This document shows, piece by piece, positions 52,516 through 64,000 of a stretch of 64,000 nucleotides of DNA (position 1 is the first letter of the stretch; each line of letters opens with the position of its first letter). Origin of the DNA: Tubulanus polymorphus (taxonomy: Eukaryota > Animalia > Nemertea); the NCBI RefSeq assembly GCF_964204645.1, contig NC_134030.1, positions 7,048,778 to 7,112,777 of the forward strand, read 5' to 3'. Made by a program: the position numbers and the translations under genes. The notes under the pieces are model-generated. The model did no database searches and was not told the DNA's origin. It was given only the letters and a program-made list of their open reading frames with translations.

Positions 52516-55487
52516 ATGAGCAAAGCAAATAGCATCGCGGGATCGGCGACTTCGCATCGATCCCCTCGAAGCAAGAGATCCAACAAAATCTACCGCACCC
52601 CACCCACTCCGCCGCCGGAGATCTTGCTGGAGAAGGAGAAAACGTTCGTCCTCGACTCAAACGCGTGCTCGTCCATCTCGACTGATTACTCTCGAACCAA
52701 CCCGAAATTGGGACCAGTCATCAAACCGTATAACTCGCAAAAGGATCGCCATGCTAATGGATATTTCGTGTTTCACGGTGTAGATGAAACTCTCTCGAAA
52801 ACAGGACAGGTGAGATTTTATTAGCACAAATATTAGATTATTCGTTTGTCTTTTTGTAAACGGGTTCAATTTAGAGATACTTCCACGGGTCCAGTTTCAC
52901 AAAACGTTATTCTAACAATTTCGATTCCGTCGTTATAAGAGCAACATGGGATGATCTGTTTTACAAAACTAGGCATCGAAAAGTCAAGAGAAATCATCAT
53001 GATGACTCAATCCAAATGATCGTAGTTTGGTTTCGTCCTAAGTAGGCTTACGGTCTCCATATGGGTTGCTGAAAATTAGGAGAAGGGATATTGATCAGAA
53101 TTTACCGCGTATAATTTCGTAATTCAGATTCAGATTCAGATTCAATTTTTATTGTTCACGAATTTTGCAATTCGCGTTGAACAAAACATACATTAAGGAT
53201 AAATAAATACAGAATGACGGTATAACAGCGCGGGGAGTTCACATCTCTATTATACATGTTTACAACTTAATTTGAGCATATTCGAATAAATCTAGAAAGA
53301 TTTATCAGAATTCTTTGATTTTTTGTACAGAAAAGGGAGTTCATATTTTCAAAATTTGGAGTTGACCAAAATCTTCTAGGGATAAGTTTTTCGCGTTGTA
53401 TCTGGAAAAAACTACATTCTAATATAGTGTGACGCTCGTCCCCCAAAACACCGAGGTTACAATTTGTACAAAGTTGATGCCTATTTCTCAATTTACGTTG
53501 AGGATATCTGTAGTTCAATTGCGCAACAAGTCGTTTGCTAATAGGAATATTGATATATCGTGCAGCGATGTAATGAATAATTCAAACTGAAAATGGCGAT
53601 TCAGCGATGTACATGTCGTTTCTATCGAAATCATCACGAGTCTACATATATCAGTTTCCGTTTCATGTCACCGTATTCCCCTTTAATGGATCAGCAATTT
53701 GCTCGCTCAAGAATTACATATTTCTAGATTGTAGCATTATTAATCGGAGATTTGAATTTCATTAGAAGTCTATTCTGTATTAGGAGCCCCGGGATCTGGT
53801 TTTATTCGAAGTCGGGGATCCGTTACAATGCACGCTTTATGGTGCAATCATAAAAAACGACAAACTATAAGAAACCGTACTCGATTCCGTTATAGCCGAC
53901 CAGAACAGTAGGAAAAACCTGATAGATAATGGCGTACGGAACAAAGAACTTTTTCAATAGAAACTATTCATTCATACACATACATTCAACATCGAAATCA
54001 TTACCCGGTACTTGAATACCGATTCTTTTGTTAATTCCTGACCTGATATTAGAACTGATATCATTAAGGTATCCCCTGAGGGTAGATATTCAAACTAGTG
54101 AATCGTAGAAGCACAAGTCATCCTGCCCCCTTTCCATTCCATTTTTTTTTCACGTTAGCTTGTATTTTATGTGTTTTGGTTTTCCAATCTTCTTAACATC
54201 GATGAGATATTCTAATGAAAGCTCACAACCTAGATAACTATGTTGCGAATTAATTTGTTTTGCCTTTGACAGTTCTTTAAATTTCTTTCGTATGTCGCTA
54301 ATGTGGTTTTAATGATAATCTTACACTAGAATGTACGTATGTGCATACACGATGTTACTTCGATGTTGTCACGACGATTAATACCGTTTTAATAGCTAAT
54401 TCAAGCAGTTCAACTGCGTTAGGTCATGTAAGACCATATTGTACTGGGCTAATAGTATTCAAGTCGCTCGTGCTTGGTCGAAGATTAATATGCTTAATTA
54501 ACAAAATGCAAGTACCGTGCAACCATGTAAAAAAGATCCGTGACTACGGAAACAATATAATTGTAATTTAAGAGTGCGGATCTTGCTAGCGGAACTAAAT
54601 TCATGCAAAATTTACACGCGAATCGAAGCGAAACCGCGGCGCAGAAACCTCTTACAGCTATAAATACCTGATAATCGTTCGGCGACTTATCGCCATGGTT
54701 GCGATCTCGTCAATATTCACTTACGGGATTAAGTTTTTCCTAAATTCTTTTCTTTTATTGTCGGTTAATGAATGTTCTAACATTTCGTTTGGTCAACTGG
54801 TATTTCATATTGGAAAATATGCAGTTGTTTCACAGATGATTTAAAGTTTCACAAATGTTACATTAGTATTGGGTTATCAGGATTAATGGCATTTTAAGTC
54901 GTTCGGTGAAACGGGCCCAGACTGGTGTCTAGCGAACCATTAGCGATACATTTATCCATAGAGATCATGCATTTCAAATTTCCCGCTGCATTTTCGCATC
55001 TAGCAAACAAAGTTTGTAAAAACAAAAATATACATTTTGAAGAAATAAACCGTATGTATTTGATGGATGAAAATGTTGAAAACAATTCTTCTTTTTTAAA
55101 AAGAAAAAGGTTTTTGGCGATCTTCGTTACGTTAATCTTCTTATATTTACAGGAGAAACCAGGTTGCTCTATTGACGGTCCTGTTTTGGATCGATTTGAA
55201 TCAGATGGAGCCGGGCATGTTTATCTGACGCTACGTAATCAAAGTGGAGCTGGTGAGTGTCGAAACTGGAGAACCTGCCGAGGGAAAATGTCCCCACTTC
55301 TTACACGTTATATATTTCACCTTTTGCAGGCCATTCCCACGAGACAATTGATGGGCATTCGCAGTTTATGAAGGGCATAAAACCAACAATAGGATATCAC
55401 GGGCCATATGGATTCCGCAGAAACACCCCCTGGTTGCGGGCTATGCCTTCACCTTTTGGCACGGCGAGCAGATCACCTACGCACTAA
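52516..55487 (+). CDS. SPMAP1: Sperm microtubule associated protein 1 / C17orf98 homologue, ~183 aa, 3 exons
   Basis: Exons 52516-52809, 55153-55252 and 55330-55487 (552 nt). Motifs EKTFVLD...YSRTNPKLGPVIKPYNSQKDRHA, YLTLRNQSGAGHS and GYHGPYGFRRNTPWLR...SPFG match human C17orf98 as I recall it. Confidence 0.88.
53122..53520 (-). mobile_element. Short 3' LINE fragment in SPMAP1 intron 1
   Basis: ORF with LCTNCNLGVLGDERHTILECSFF; the minus strand ends in AATAAA plus a (TCTGAA)n tail at ~53122-53152. Confidence 0.8.
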
Positions 55488-56806
55488 ATGATCTCGACTG
55501 CACTATTTGTAAAAATGAAAACTATTCCTAACTTCATCGCGATTCACTTATACTACAGTTAGTCATTCGATGTTTTTCTAGTGTGGTGATTGATGTATAG
55601 CAATAATTATTGGGTAAAATACTGGCTTTTGTAAACATCCATTGGAGTCAGTTCCTTCAGTTGACACAGAGTTTATAATTAACCTCTAAAATTTTGCTCC
55701 GCGTTGGTTCAAATATTTTGCCAGCCTACAAGCTGCCGCTGCGGCTGGTTTTATAGACCAATAGGATTATATGAGCCAGTGAAATCCTTCTGCAATTCAC
55801 ATTGCGATAGTTCACTTACCTTGTAGATAGAAATCAAATTAATTTGAGCGTGTGTTACTCGCGCGGTATATATCCGTTTCAATTGTTTCGAAAATCTCCT
55901 GGAATTAATCATTGGTCGGTGTGTCCAGATATATGACAAACTGCAATGATCAAATTTTCAAAAATAAGAGATAGACCGGGACTAGATGTAATTTCGAGGT
56001 AATATACTAATGGTGACATCTCGCGGGGCAAGTCATGATATCTGTAGCCAAATTAGCAACGCACACTTTGGTCCATTCTAAATTTAACCCGTTCCAGATA
56101 CAGACTCATTTGCCTGGATCGATTCAACTAGCGGTAGTGTGAACGCGGCTTAGGTCGGTCTAAATTGAACCGGTCTAACATGGAACGGACCAATATGGAA
56201 TGGACTTTTTGCAAGTGAAATTGAAATTTATTTTCATTACGATGTTACATTATTGAACGATATAATAAGTATGATTAGACGAAGTGTTTCAAATTGAAGC
56301 ATACTAATCAAATTAACTATTGGCCATTACCGACGTATGACTTGGATCTCAGCAATTGATTCTTCGTCACATGGTTATGTTATAGAAAATGTCTGTGATA
56401 CGTATATATGAATATATATCTTTTAAGATAAACAATAAAAAGAATTGTATGAATATCAATTCATTATTCTTTGCTATATTGCCTTGGATCTACTCTCCAG
56501 TCGATGCTAGAGTGACCACTACACAATAAAACCCATAATAAAGCTCTTGCAGTAAGTACGCGATATCGCTGTCCCGATCTAGAAATCGTTGTAGCCATGA
56601 ATTTTTTTTTCTGGAGCTCCGATAGCTTATGAAATTAATCTAAATTGTTTATATATTCAAATTGACTGGTAACCATGGCAGTAACCTCGTGGAGTAGAAA
56701 GAGGTAGAGTGTGATAGTCAATTATTTTTTTACTATTATCTGTGGCAGTGGCTCAGTGGTTCTTGTTTTGGACTGTTGTCAGAAATCGTTAACACAGATT
56801 TTTACG

Positions 56807-59800
56807 ATGACAGATTCGAAAAAAGTAAAAATCGAGGATAAACAAACATTTAAAGAAGCGCTTTCCGACTTCTCCAATGACACGGCATTTCACGGGGTTA
56901 GATACATAGGACACTCTCCAACTATCACCATCAGGTAAGCTTAGCATATCATAGTATAGGATCGTTAGGAAATACACCAATAATATTCACTTTTTGTCAT
57001 CTCAGATTGAAGTATTCATGCATTCCTGTGTATTAAAACTTGTTTCCACCAGCAGAACATATATCCAATTATTTTCCTGGTGTCCTGCATGTTGGTAGTA
57101 TTAAACATAAAATAGAAATGGTACGCTTGTCGGGCGAGTTGAATGAAAAATTTGGATAAAGAATAATGTTTTTATATAAGATATTGTACGACATCTGTTT
57201 TTACGTTAGTAAATCGCCACCAGGCTAAGTTTCCCTTGCTACAGCGGCACCAATCACCCATACTTTACTTAGAAAATGCAACAATTATGTGTAAACGCAA
57301 TTGCAAATAAGAACCAAAAGACCACAATAATTTACAACTTATCAATTTTGCGTACAAGGGGTCGGATGCATCATCAATGTAAAAAATTGTGTTCATGAAT
57401 TTAGTCTGCCTCAAGAGCGAATTTTATACATGATGATTAAAAATATTGAAAAAGACCCCCAGAGACGATGGAAATCGCAATTAGGATTTATTTCAATTGA
57501 AACAAAATTTATCCAATTGCAAATTGCAATTATTATGAATTGTTTGTTGGAATATATAATGAAATAGATATTTATTGCTCCAAGCATACGTATACAATGA
57601 GCACAGATAATCATTTCCATTACAACAGTACATGAACAAAATAGCTTTAAAATTAGTATGCTTTCATGCGATATTTGCATGTTGAATTAACAAGGAAAGT
57701 TTGGAGATGAGATCTTTATTCTAGCAGATAGTTTGTATTGCAAATACACTCGGTCATCGTATGCAAAAAATCTGGTAAATAACGGCGTCAAACTCAAATA
57801 TAAAACTTAAGTTCTCAAATATGAAATTCATCACCGCTACGATCACTGTCACATTGATAACATTTCATTCACCGTCGTGGTGTATTGATAAAACGACCTG
57901 ACTACTGGTAGTTTGCGATACTTTTTGTAGATGTATTTGGTTGATGTTGTTTTTGAGTATGACTGGGGTGTTTATCTACCAGGTGCACAACCGAGTCAAA
58001 TATTACATTTCATGGCCGGTTACCGTGGATATATCTCTCGAAAACAATCGAGGTCAGATACCATTCCCGGCAGTTACCATCTGCAACACAAACACTTTCA
58101 GGTATTTCAATGAGCTACACAAAACAAGCCGCATTGTACAATTTTTCTGATTAGCTTGTCTTTCCGATAAAAGGGCTTATTCTATTGTTAGATTATCTGA
58201 TACATATGAAGACGAGGTGTACGAGTCAATTTTTGAGTTTCACCGCCAGAATGAGAGACCAATAACGCAGATAACTGGAAATATGTCAACTACTCAAAAC
58301 ATTTCAATAACTCGAAGAAATTCGACGGCTTTCGATAATATGGATATGCGGGCATTGATATTGAAATATGGCCATCGTTTGAACGATACCGTGAAATCGT
58401 AAGTTAAAGCTAATCCGTAAATGAAAATTAATTAGTAATTTAAAATACACCCGTTTGATGTCGATAACTGTACATTCCATATTTATTTCAAAAAGCGCAA
58501 ATTTCGAATCCGAGAAATTGACAATTGCTAATCTGACGAGTGTTTTGACTGACTACGGACAATGTTTGGGGTTTAATCTTGATAAAAAAAAGCATCTCCA
58601 CAGCCAAGGGACTGGTAAGTGATGAAAGAAAATTAAATTACGCTTCTGAACGAAACTCATCTTCAATTATTCAATAAAAAGCCTTTTCTACAGGAGTAGC
58701 ATATGGATTGAACTTGTTGATCAACTTAGAACAGTACCAGAACATGGAAGGAGAACACAAATCTGCCGGACTAAAAGTTCTAGTTCATGATAAATATGAA
58801 GGAATTCTTATGAAAGATTTGTCGTTATCTGTACCACCATCGATGAGTGCATTTATCGATGTTCAAGCTAAAATGGTAAACATGTAGATCAGCATATTGC
58901 TCGATCCTAAATATCAGCGGTTAAGCACACACATTTAATCGGAAAAATTATCGAAGATAGATTCGTGAATATACTTGAAACTTCTCATTAACAGACGCTG
59001 AATCCCTTTGAATCCCTTTTTAAGAAAAACGAAAAACGAAAAATGTTCGTAATAAGTTAACCGTAAAATGTTCGTTGCAATAGTTGAGCAGAATCTTAAT
59101 TATTCATACATTCCACGTATGAATAACTTAGATTATATTTGATCAAAAAGCTACATATTTGGTCTATTTGGTATAATTTCAGACGACTGAATTGGAAGAA
59201 CCGTACGGAAAATGCAGAAAAAACGCGCAAAGACAAAGTATGTGTCTACACGACTGCTACGTACGGGTGACGTCATCAATATGTAAATGCATGCCGTTTT
59301 ATGCTGAAGATAATCCTGCAGGTCTACCATATTGTACTTTAAAACAGCACAGGGATTGCTACCATCTACAACTCGGTAATGAAAATGGAGAAGTGGTGTG
59401 CAGTGAGGTCGTTTCTAAACCCAGGGAGAGACCACTAAATAATTGGAAGGTTATATATAACAAAACAGTTAGTCTAGGGGTCAGATGAGTAATAGTGTGA
59501 TCTGTGTGCATTTTTGGCCAGCACACAGATCACAACGATCATTTGTCAGTCAATTAAAAATATTCAGCGATATTTTGCCAATGCGGCATTATTCCTGTTT
59601 ACTATATTTTGCCAATGGCCCGTTCTGATTGGCGAATTTACACAACGCATACGTGCTGAGGAGGCGCGTGACTTCAAGGTAAAATGGTACAAATACGGTG
59701 GTATTCGAACCCGGGCCAGAAATTTGCTAGCGTTGCGCCTAACCAGTAGACCACGGACACTCATAGCAAATAATTGCTCTTATGACAGAAATGAACTGCA

Positions 59801-62610
59801 GCACCTGATGGACGCACATCCATTGTGTTGTCATGTGTCGTGTGAGTACTTCGTTGAATAATGCGTAGTTTGTAATAGATGTATACAGATAGCCTTAAAT
59901 AACTTGCGTAGACATTAAAGTTTAATGATTTTATCGTTCTGCTTTTCGGTCAAGTAAATATTGAATTGAACCAGGACAACCTACCACCCCTCATTATGCT
60001 TATTAAACCAAACGTTTGCACCGACAACAAATTAGTAAAATAGACGTCTTAAAAAATTCAGAAATTGCCAGAATTTTAACTTACGTTAGATCTCATTTTT
60101 ATTTTACAATTGCGATTGGTATAACTTTTTTTAAACGGCCGTTAAGGCTTCATGTTTCGTCTGCAATTCACTGAAAATAGTTACGCAACTACGCACATTT
60201 CAGTGTTTTTGGCAGCTACACTCAATCGGCACCGTTCGTGACTAGCTTCACTGCGGAATTATCATTGATAAACATCCCCATATCACATCATCAACTTATA
60301 TTGTGCCTTAAAACCCTAACAGCCGAAATAATTGAAATGCACACACGATTTATATCATTGAAAACTGAGAATGGCCGTGTTTGTGTTCTGCTGCTTCGCA
60401 CGGTGGCGCAACCGCGCGGAGTGGGGCCGATACGTCTAGCACCTAGCATTGCGCCCCACGTGATCTGACAATATGTTATAAATAACATGTATCAATTCAG
60501 TATAATGTTTTTTTTTTGTAGCGAGAATGCGACAAAATGAAACAGTTTGCGGCACTAGTGAATGCCCACCACCATGCCAACATCTGACGTACGATTCACG
60601 AATCAGTTACGCGGCTCTGTCGAAGAGTATGGCGAGGAAAATGGCACGAAAAGAGAAACACGACCTGAACATGTTAGCAGATTACAGAAAGGCCAGAGAA
60701 ACACTGTATATTACTGACCCTCATCTGGCGGCGATGAGCTTCAATGTAGTTCAATCTTTCATTGAAACACAAAAAGAATCATTGATCGCCGTTACTAACG
60801 CCGTTAACTTTTTGGTAAATCAAAAAGAACTCTTTTCAGATTTGATCTACGTCGGGAACAGTCTCCAACACATTTCACGTTCTGTGCGCATGGCAAAAGA
60901 AATGTTTCTACGCTATACCGAGATGGAAGAAATTTCCACGATAGTTATTTCAGGTTTGAAAAGATTCAAAACGGCCATTACCGACATCCTTGAGTCAGAT
61001 TTTAAAGTTATCAACGATTTCCTAGCGAACTCGTCGGTTGTTTCACAAATGGACTTTCAAGCAGCGTCTTTAAACGTTGTTGGTGTATTTCAAAATATGC
61101 TTAATACGGCGTTATTGACTCGGTCAATTTTTCAGAATCTAATTATCAACCTGGTGCAAGATAAAACTGTAGCGAGGTATATGATCGATTTGCCCAAAAT
61201 CACACATCGCCATAGAATATTTCTCGAATCATGTGATAAAATGATTACTGCCTGCAATGATTCCAAAACAAAGTTGCGCGACATTCGCAACAGTCAACTA
61301 ACACGGGATTGGTATGGTTTTTCTAATCTAACCGGTCAGTTTTACTCCATTATCAGCGAATTCAAAAGATCGGCGATTGATCTGAAATCCGCATTAAAAG
61401 ACGTTGTTTATAGATTGGACCAACTCGAGAATTCCTTCAAAAGTCAAAAATCAGACTTAAGCTACGCATATTTGAAATATGCTCTCATCTTATACGCAAA
61501 CACTATCAGCAAACCTTTATTCTTTAAACCAGCTGGACGGTGGATTTCCCCGTCACCAATAAACGTAATAACTTTAGGTAAAGATATGGGCGAAATAAAT
61601 GCGAATGTCGCTCGACGGCTTAGATCAATGATCGCACACAAAATAATTTCCAACGCAGAACTGAATTCCCTGATGCTTGATAATAAAGACCTACTGGATA
61701 AGTTCACGCGAGACCTTCAAGTGTTCATGGACTCTTCGTTGAAAAAGATGGACATACTCGAAAAAAATCTGGTTCAACTTTGCCAACCTGCTATGGACTT
61801 CTTCTACAACTACATCAGTAATACCAATTCTACTCTCAATGTACGACAGTTGATGGAAATCAAGAAAAAACTGCAGTTTATCATCCAAGAAGATGTTAAA
61901 CTAACCAAAGTCATTGATGAATACCATAATGCACAAACTAAAATGTCAGTTGTGAACTCGATCTTAAACGATCATATGACAAAGTACCGGAATAGCATTG
62001 TTATTGATGAAGATTTTCTAAGGTTAGTATTCTGAGGAGTTTCCGCAAATTGTATTCTGGAGGAATTCTATGTATTGTGCTTAACTTAACCTCTGACATT
62101 TATTTCCAGAAATAATTACGTATACGTTTCAGTCTACTTTCGAACGCTGAGTTTGGAGACGTTGAAAAAGTCTAAAGGATATTTGTGGTTTTCGTTAATT
62201 TGTAAGTAAATAGTAGTTGATTATGCAAACAGGTTCTCATAGTGTGACGTAATAATGATATGACTTAAGATGTAAAAAAGCACTTTGATACAAAATTAAA
62301 TACTTAAAACTAAAGTTGAATTACGCAATTGATCAATTCATTGATTTTTTACAGATAGATAGGTCTATTGAATATTCAGTTAAAACGAACAGCCATCGTT
62401 TGGCTGATTCAGAAGTAGATCTTAATGTGAACAACGAATCCTACTGTTATTACATTCGATTCTCATTCTCATATTTTAGGTGATATAGGTGGTTCTGCCG
62501 GGCTTTATTTAGGCGCATCTCTATTAGCTATCGCCGAGGTCCTCTGGTTTTTCGGATCTCAACTCGTGTATCGCTTTATGCGGCTGCGACGAGTGCGCGC
62601 TGGTGAATAA
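56807..62610 (+). CDS. DEG/ENaC (amiloride-sensitive sodium channel family) subunit with a very large extracellular insertion, ~907 aa
   Basis: Exons 56807-56934, 57931-58101, 58192-58398, 58496-58614, 58694-58875, 59183-59375, 60522-62022, 62110-62201 and 62480-62610 sum to 2724 nt in frame. Motifs: pre-TM1 HG (TAFHGVRYI), TM1, FPAVTICN, TDYGQC, a 10-Cys thumb, and TM2 CDIGGSAGLYLGASLL with the GAS filter. Confidence 0.93.
59600..59762 (-). mobile_element. tRNA-derived SINE-like remnant
   Basis: The minus strand has A-box TGGTCTACTGG and B-box GGTTCGAATACC, but the acceptor and T stems do not pair. The downstream boundary is uncertain. Confidence 0.5.
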
Positions 62611-62980
62611 ATATGAAAACATGGAAATACAACGATGGCTAAGAGACTCGTCTTTGGAGATTATTCATCATTGATTCATGCTAATTGTCGACCTGGAGTA
62701 AAACTATTTTGTATACATCTTCGGAGATTGTTCTGTATTCATCATTGATTCATGATACAATTTACTGAGTCAGGTGCATCGCACCTCCCGTTTATTGAGC
62801 TACGATTTCTTGTTAGAACACAATCTCTGAAATATCTTTGTTATCGAATTTCAAAATTTTTGCTTTAGCGTTCTACGAAATAAAAGAAAACGTTTCATAT
62901 GCTTGCGTTCGTTGTAAATTTTGAATACATCTGGATCGGAAAAGTTGTTTTTCTTCTAACGAACCTATCCAGAGACGTTA

Positions 62981-63089
62981 CCATATCCACGAGACAATTG
63001 ATGGAATTTCGCACTTTATGAAGGGCGTTAAACCAATAATAGGATACCACGGGCGATATGGATTTCACAGAAACATCCCTGGCTGCGGG
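62981..63089 (+). pseudogene. Decayed duplicate of the SPMAP1 last exon
   Basis: ccacgagacaattgatgg...tttatgaagggc...ataggataccacggg...cagaaacatccctggctgcggg aligns with 55331-55440. It has substitutions, a 1-nt deletion and no acceptor AG at the homologous position. Confidence 0.85.
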
Positions 63090-63152
63090 TACGTCTGGGT
63101 TTCATATACGTAAGCGAACTGGCCGATAGGCCTACATTTTCTATTAAATACA

Positions 63153-63278
63153 GAAATAACGTCCGTTCGCACGGATTAATCGAAATAACGTCCGTGCGCA
63201 CGGGTTGATTGAAATAACATCCGTGCGCACGGATTAATGTAAAAGATTTTTACGTATGTCCCCTCCGGGGTTCCGTTA
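63153..63278. repeat. 3 x 29-bp tandem repeat with palindromic core, ending at a probable DNA-transposon terminus
   Basis: gaaataacgtccgtgcgcacggattaat-like unit x3, then atgtcccctccggggttccgt. The reverse complement of that terminus resembles tacggaagcgtcctggggacat at 63936. Confidence 0.6.
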
Positions 63279-63515
63279 ATATATAAGTATATCTGAATAA
63301 AAAGAAATGTCCTGTTCTTAACTTTATCATCATGGACCTACCCTCTAGTCGATGTCAAAGTGTCAAACTTGCGTTAAAAGTACGCGGTATCGCTGTCTCG
63401 ATCTAGAAACCTTGAAGCCTTGGATTTGTTTTTTGGGTGTTCAAAAGTTTATGAAATTAATTTTCATGGTTTTACATTCGAATTGTTTGGTAACCATGAC
63501 AGTAACCTCGTGAAG

Positions 63516-63607
63516 TAGAGGAAGAGAGGAGAGAGGAGAGAGGGGAGAGGGAGAGAGGGAGAGAGGGAGAGAGGGAGAGAGGGAGAGAGGGAGAGAGAAA
63601 CAGAGAG
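63516..63607. repeat. Polypurine (GGGAGAGA)n microsatellite
   Basis: An almost pure G/A tract of ~90 nt, directly visible. Confidence 0.95.
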
Positions 63608-63653
63608 TGTGCAGTCAATCACTATTTTACTATAATCATAGGCAGATTCGAAA

Positions 63654-63772
63654 ATGGCATCGGTTAAAATCGAAGACAAACAAACTTTTAAAGAAGCGCT
63701 TTCCGACTTCTCCAATGACACGGCATTTCACGGGGTTAGATACATAGGACACTCTCCAACTATCACCATCAG
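63654..63772 (+). CDS. First coding exon of a second, tandem DEG/ENaC paralogue (runs off the window)
   Basis: MASVKIEDKQTFKEALSDFSNDTAFHGVRYIGHSPTITIR followed by a GTAAGC donor; nearly identical to exon 56807-56934. Confidence 0.85.
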
Positions 63773-64000
63773 GTAAGCTTAGCATATCGTCATAAGATCC
63801 GCTAGAAATTATGCTATTAAGATATCACTATTTGTTATCGCAAACTGAACTTTTTATCAATTATTGTGTTTTAAAACTCGATTCCACCTTCAGAAAATGT
63901 ATCAAATTATTATCTCATTCGTATAAGTGGAAATCTACGGAAGCGTCCTGGGGACATAATTGATTTTTTTTTTCTGCTGTCTGAAAAATCATAGAATTAT

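Noticed and set aside
59690-59762. Possible tRNA gene
   Set aside because: A- and B-boxes are present but the cloverleaf stems do not pair, so it is treated as SINE-like.
26092-62610. Idea that the nAChR-like, Rh, SPMAP1 and DEG/ENaC genes form one functional sensory/excretory cluster
   Set aside because: The genes have mixed orientations, unrelated genes lie between them, and the sequence shows no shared regulation beyond weak RFX-like motifs. Adjacency alone is not evidence in an animal genome.
63153-63240. Regular palindromic 29-bp repeats resembling a CRISPR array
   Set aside because: The units are contiguous with no unique spacers, the context is eukaryotic and there are no cas genes. 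They are better explained as transposon subterminal repeats.

Overview
This is eukaryotic, intron-rich, AT-rich animal genomic DNA, most likely a spiralian/lophotrochozoan invertebrate (inferred from gene content, not verified). I assembled seven spliced genes by hand from GT-AG junctions: a class-I myosin (Myo1a/b type, +), a Cys-loop nAChR-like non-alpha subunit (+), an Rh ammonium transporter (-), HINFP (+), an orphan nuclear receptor resembling NR7/NR8 (-), the ciliary protein SPMAP1/C17orf98 (+) and a DEG/ENaC channel (+). The first exon of a tandem DEG/ENaC paralogue lies at the window end. Introns carry PIF/Harbinger-type MITEs (one nested in its own family), tRNA-derived SINEs, 3' LINE fragments and a Penelope-like palindrome with a hammerhead core. 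The most striking feature is the ~907-aa DEG/ENaC, which has an ~460-aa helical-looking insertion in the knuckle domain encoded by one 1.5-kb exon. It also lacks a conserved disulfide and lies in a tandem duplication with a gene-conversion-like patch. Other leads are the nAChR-like subunit with a dismantled acetylcholine pocket and an acidic N-terminal exon, candidate hidden cassette/micro-exons in the myosin motor, and a probable 1-nt frameshift in HINFP. All calls are from reading the sequence; no searches were run.
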